Source: Eledone cirrhosa
Taxonomy: Eukaryota
Reading direction: 5' to 3'
Length of the DNA stretch: 64,000 bases
Assembly: GCA_964016885.1 (NCBI GenBank)
Contig: OZ024742.1
Span: forward strand, 332,196,001 to 332,260,000
Shown here: positions 59,614-64,000 of the stretch, piece after piece
Layout: every line of letters begins with the position of its first letter
How positions within the stretch are numbered: position 1 is the stretch's first letter
Position numbers and translations under genes: made by a program
Notes under the pieces: model-generated
Databases searched by the model: none
What the model saw: the letters and a program-made list of their open reading frames with translations, nothing else
What the model was told of the DNA's origin: nothing

Positions 59614-60121
59614 CTAGGGCAAGTATCAATATACTAGGGCAAGTATCAATATACTACTGATTCTGATATCAGTAGATTACTGGGCCAAATCAAGTTATAT
59701 TAGATTCTTTAAAAAATACTCGTACGAATTAAATACAAAAAAGTTTCAGTCCAAAACAAAAGCAAGCTATTTCAAATTATATATTTTTGAAATAAAAAAA
59801 AACATTTAATCTCAGTCGAAAAACTTTTTTTTTAAATTCTATATTTCACTGTTAGCTGTTGTAATATTTTGAGTGGATAGACAATTGAAACTGCAAAGTC
59901 AAAATACAAAAGATGCAAAATATGAAGAATTTCTTACCTTTCTCTGAAATCACAAACTCAGGGGAAAAATAGTACCTTGCAAAATAATATACCTCGTAGC
60001 AAAATAAGTAGTAAGGAATGAATTGAGAAGCTTGGTGACTGAGAAAGCAATATTTTTATCCCTTATATATAAACATAGACACACACACACACATATATAT
60101 ATATACATACACACACACACA

Positions 60122-60152
<31 letters not shown>

Positions 60153-60250
60153 CTTGGTACAGAAATAATTTTGTCTACAGTTTTTTATTGCCAGGTCAAA
60201 GGCCACAGCTCTTTTCAACAACGCCAAATAACAACGCTCCACACACACAC

Positions 60251-60287
<37 letters not shown>

Positions 60288-60449
60288 GAAGAGAGAAAGA
60301 GGGAGGGACAGAGAGAGTAAGAAATGTGTGTGTCTATCTATCTATCTATTTATCTCCAACGGGGGGCTCACACATGCGGCCCGCGAACTGCTTATCTGTG
60401 GCCCGTGGTAGAACCAATATTTCATATCGCATTATAACTGGTGAAAATA

Positions 60450-60668
60450 AGGCGGCTAGTTCGTGGAATCGTTAGCACATCTGGCGAAATGCTTAACGGT
60501 ACTTCTTCCGTTTTTACGTTCTGAGTTCAAATTCCGCCGATCTCAACTTTGCCTTACATCCTTTTGGGGTCGATGAATTAAATACCTGTTGTGTACTAGG
60601 ATCGATGCAATCGACTGAACCATAAAACCCAAATTTCATGCCTTGTTCCTATAGTAGAAATGATTATA
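60450..60668 (+). mobile_element. SINE, Deu/Nin-like core, longer-tail variant
   Basis: B box GAGTTCAAATTCC, core TTTGCCTTACATCCTTTTGGGGTCGATGAA, tail GATCGATGCAATCGAC...GCCTTGTTCCTATAGTAGAAA. Confidence 0.8.
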
Positions 60669-61760
60669 ACTGGTGAAAATGTTCACCCACCACCACGTTT
60701 GACCCACTGTGCCTCTCCTCCAGGAGGTAATAGCCCTTTTGTGTCCTTGAGTTTGAGACACACACACACACAAACACACATATATATATTTTACTTTTTT
60801 TTCTGTCTGTCTCTGGATTACGCCCATGCTGGAGCATCACCTTGGTAAGTTATGGGGACGTCAACAAACCAACAAGCATTGGTGGGAGGGCAAACACAAA
60901 CGCAAAGACACAAAGAGACACATATACATATATACGACGGGCTTCTTTTAGTTTCGATCTATCAAATCCACTCACAGGGCTTTGGTCGGCTCGGGCAGTG
61001 GGACTGAACCCGGAAATATGTGGTTGGGAAACAAGGTTCTTGTCACACTGCATATATATATATATATATATATACAATACATAAACAGAGACAGCTTTAA
61101 GCGATACTCCGACCAACTCCATCTCACTCAACAGACATTAGGATATACTTAAGTATTATCCCAATTTAGTGTTTGGGATGCTAACTAATCAGCATTTTGT
61201 GGATAGCTGGTTGTATTATTTTATATGTGACCTTATTAAATAAATATCTCTTTCCTTCCAGACGGTCTTTTCGTTATAAGATTTCTACAATTTGGGATAA
61301 ATAATTTCCAGGTTATGTAGAAACTTGTATATAATCCATAGTTTTATACACAAGCGGGCTCTTATAAACTCATCAATGGATGCCCAAATTATATCGATAT
61401 AAGAATTATATCGACATTAATAGAATGGTGATGGTCTCCCTCAGCGCCAAGAAGAGACTGGTAGATTAGACAATCCAGCAGTCCTCTCAAATAAAAAAAT
61501 ATACGCTGTCCCCAAAAGGGTAAAGGGAGGTCATCTCAAAATAAAAGAATATACACGCTGGTCATTTACATCTGTTAGGTATTAACCACGTGTATAAGAA
61601 CTCAATTGGAAATTAAAAGAATAACCATATGTATACACAACCAATGCACACACAGAGATAATAAAACATAATAAATACATGATATCGATCACCCATATAC
61701 ACACATAGCCAATATCTATGTGTGTGTGTGTATAATATATATATTATACACACACACACA

Positions 61761-61792
<32 letters not shown>

Positions 61793-61798
<6 letters not shown>

Positions 61799-62269
61799 TA
61801 TGTATACGTACATACATATATGTATACAGACGTACAGTAGTATGTATATATATATACATACATGCACACATATATATATATGTACGTATGGATTCACCGA
61901 ATATTTATTATAATGCTCGGTGTGTTTGAAAACAAACATCCCGAATTGAGCCGTACAGTGTCTAGCAACCATCGTTGCTCATTTGTTCAACACTGACAAT
62001 GGAATGCTGTAATAGTTTCAAGCTTATCAGCTATCGTCAGCAACGTATACCATCCTGCCAGATGATTGAACGTCTGAAAGTATATAATTTCCTTATGCAT
62101 ATTAACGGCTGAGCAGCCTAATTTGCATATCGAGTGAGTTAATCGGCCGGGGCACCGAAAACGATAAACGGAAAAAATGAAACGAAATTTGATTTCTCAC
62201 TCTTAGTACGGCTGTTACTTAAAGTAACAGCCGTACTAAGAGTGAGAAATGAAATTTCGTTTCATTTTT
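61793..62269 (+). mobile_element. unclassified non-autonomous repeat ending in a 48-bp-arm palindrome
   Basis: Homologous to 2624-3118; 62173-62269 is a palindrome centred on 62221 with one mismatch. Confidence 0.75.
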
Positions 62270-62274
62270 ATCGG

Positions 62275-62314
<40 letters not shown>

Positions 62315-62524
62315 CCTTACACACTTAAATATAAATGCATGTATATATATATACAAATGTATACATGCATAGCTATATACATACATAAATGTATGTATGT
62401 ATGTATGTATGTATATTTATATATCTATGTATATGTATTTATGTATGTATGTATGTATGTACGTAGATTTATATGTATATATATACATATATTTATATAT
62501 ATATATATAAATATATGTATGTAG

Positions 62525-62573
<49 letters not shown>

Positions 62574-62584
62574 TATGTATGTAG

Positions 62585-62618
<34 letters not shown>

Positions 62619-62745
62619 AAAGTTATATTTAAATTGTTGGGTTACAACTAGTAAATATTTATAACTGATATAAAAGCACTCAACAAGTATTTGGAGTATA
62701 TTTACGATATTAAATAAATGGAAACTATATTTATAAAACCATATT

Positions 62746-62811
62746 TATTTCATTATATATATTTCAGGGATATCATATTAACAATATGTTATGCCTTCTT
62801 CAGACAAAATA
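62746..62811 (-). ncRNA. type I hammerhead (family A), left arm of palindrome
   Basis: Mirror image of 62964-63029. Confidence 0.85.
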
Positions 62812-62963
62812 CAATATAGACAGTTTTATAGATAAATAGATTTGACATACCGTTCAACATCGACTTGTATTTGAAAAAGTTGATTTGGCAGTCAACTTTT
62901 TCAAATACAAGTCGATGTTGAACGGTATGTCAAATCTATTTATCTATAAAACTGTCTATATTG

Positions 62964-63029
62964 TATTTTGTCTGAAGAAGGCATAACATATTGTTAATAT
63001 GATATCCCTGAAATATATATAATGAAATA
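62964..63029 (+). ncRNA. type I hammerhead (family A), right arm of palindrome
   Basis: TATTTTGT-CTGAAGA-AGGCATAACATATT-GTT-AATATGATATCCCT-GAAA-TATATA-TA-ATGAAATA. Confidence 0.85.
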
Positions 63030-63343
63030 AATATGGTTTTATAAATATAGTTTCCATTTATTTAATATCGTATATATATATATATATGTGTGTGTGTGTG
63101 AGTATGTATATTTATATATATATATATATGTATGTAGATTTATATATATATATATGTAGATAAATCTACCAAAAGTTTACGGTAGTGTCCAATCCGTATG
63201 AAGAACTCAATGTAATCCGGATATCATGAAAAGAGAAGATGCATTCAAAAACTACTTTCGGTGAAAAATAAACGGAAAACAGAGTCAAGATAAATTAATA
63301 AAATAATGAATAAACAAAGAAACAGTTCCTTATATTAAAAAAA

Positions 63344-63487
63344 ATCATCACTTTACGATCGTTTCTAGGATATATATGTGTTAGAGTTGGTATGCATATT
63401 CTATAGATCTATGTACAATATTTATACAAACTATCAGAGGGAATATACATACCTACACATATATATGCTGTCTTCAGAAATAATGAT
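63344..63487 (-). ncRNA. type I hammerhead with a ~105-nt extended stem II (family E)
   Basis: ATCATTATTT-CTGAAGA-CAGCATATATATGTGT-AGGTATGTATATTC...GAATATGCATACC..ACACATATATATCCTA-GAAA-CGATCG-TA-AAGTGATGAT; 10-bp stem I, GUA triplet, first stem II pair mismatched. Confidence 0.8.
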
Positions 63488-64000
63488 ATTTGTTTATTGA
63501 AAAAAACAAAGATTCAATACAATAGGTCTGTTTGGGAACAGGTTTTGAATTGACCAATAGAGAGATAGTGAGGGTCAAGATAGTAATATAGTAGTAGAAG
63601 AACCTTAAATTATGGGTAGAGGAAGGTAGATTTCAGTTTTGGATGGAAAAGAATATTATGAATGAAGGATTATTTTAGGGAAGAAAATAGGTCATATGCT
63701 GACCTCAGAAATAATTTTATTTGTTCATTGAATAAAGCCAACAAAGATCTAATATATTCTGTCTGTTTGGTAAGAGGTTTAGAATTAACCAATAGAAAGT
63801 TAATAATTGGCCAAATGGTAAAATAGTAGTAATTGAAGCTTATTTTAGGGGTGAACATAGGTCAGGTCAGTAAAATGTATACAAGCAGTTGCTGTTATAA
63901 AATAGTAATGCCAATGCAAATATCTAAAGAGACTAAAGTTTTACGATAAGAGTGTTAGTGAAAAAAATACATCTATGAAAAGAATATAAATTAATTTAAT

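Larger units (their letters stand above)
62703..63072. repeat. perfect 370-bp palindrome (181-bp arms, 8-nt spacer)
   Basis: 62703-62883 is the reverse complement of 62892-63072; no mismatch seen. Confidence 0.92.

Overview
This is AT-rich, microsatellite-saturated eukaryotic DNA with no recognisable host gene. The repeat style suggests an octopod cephalopod genome (inference). Almost every ORF in the supplied track is a translation artefact of (TA)n/(CA)n/(AG)n tracts. The interpretable content is decayed mobile elements: three Penelope-like (Neptune-type, RT + GIY-YIG) retroelement remnants, a DD37D (maT) Tc1/mariner transposon, two L1/Tx1-type LINE fragments, an R4/Dong-type endonuclease fragment, a non-autonomous Helitron, MITEs and many tRNA-derived SINEs. 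The most striking signal is about 12 type I hammerhead-ribozyme motifs in five sequence families on both strands. They lie in Penelope pseudo-LTRs and in small non-coding, often fold-back units next to (TA)n tracts. All have a palindromic or near-palindromic short stem III. Most also share an unpaired C.C (once C.U) at position 4 of stem II and an AATAAA just 3' of the cleavage site. Folds and alignments were done by eye, so coordinates of decayed repeats are approximate.
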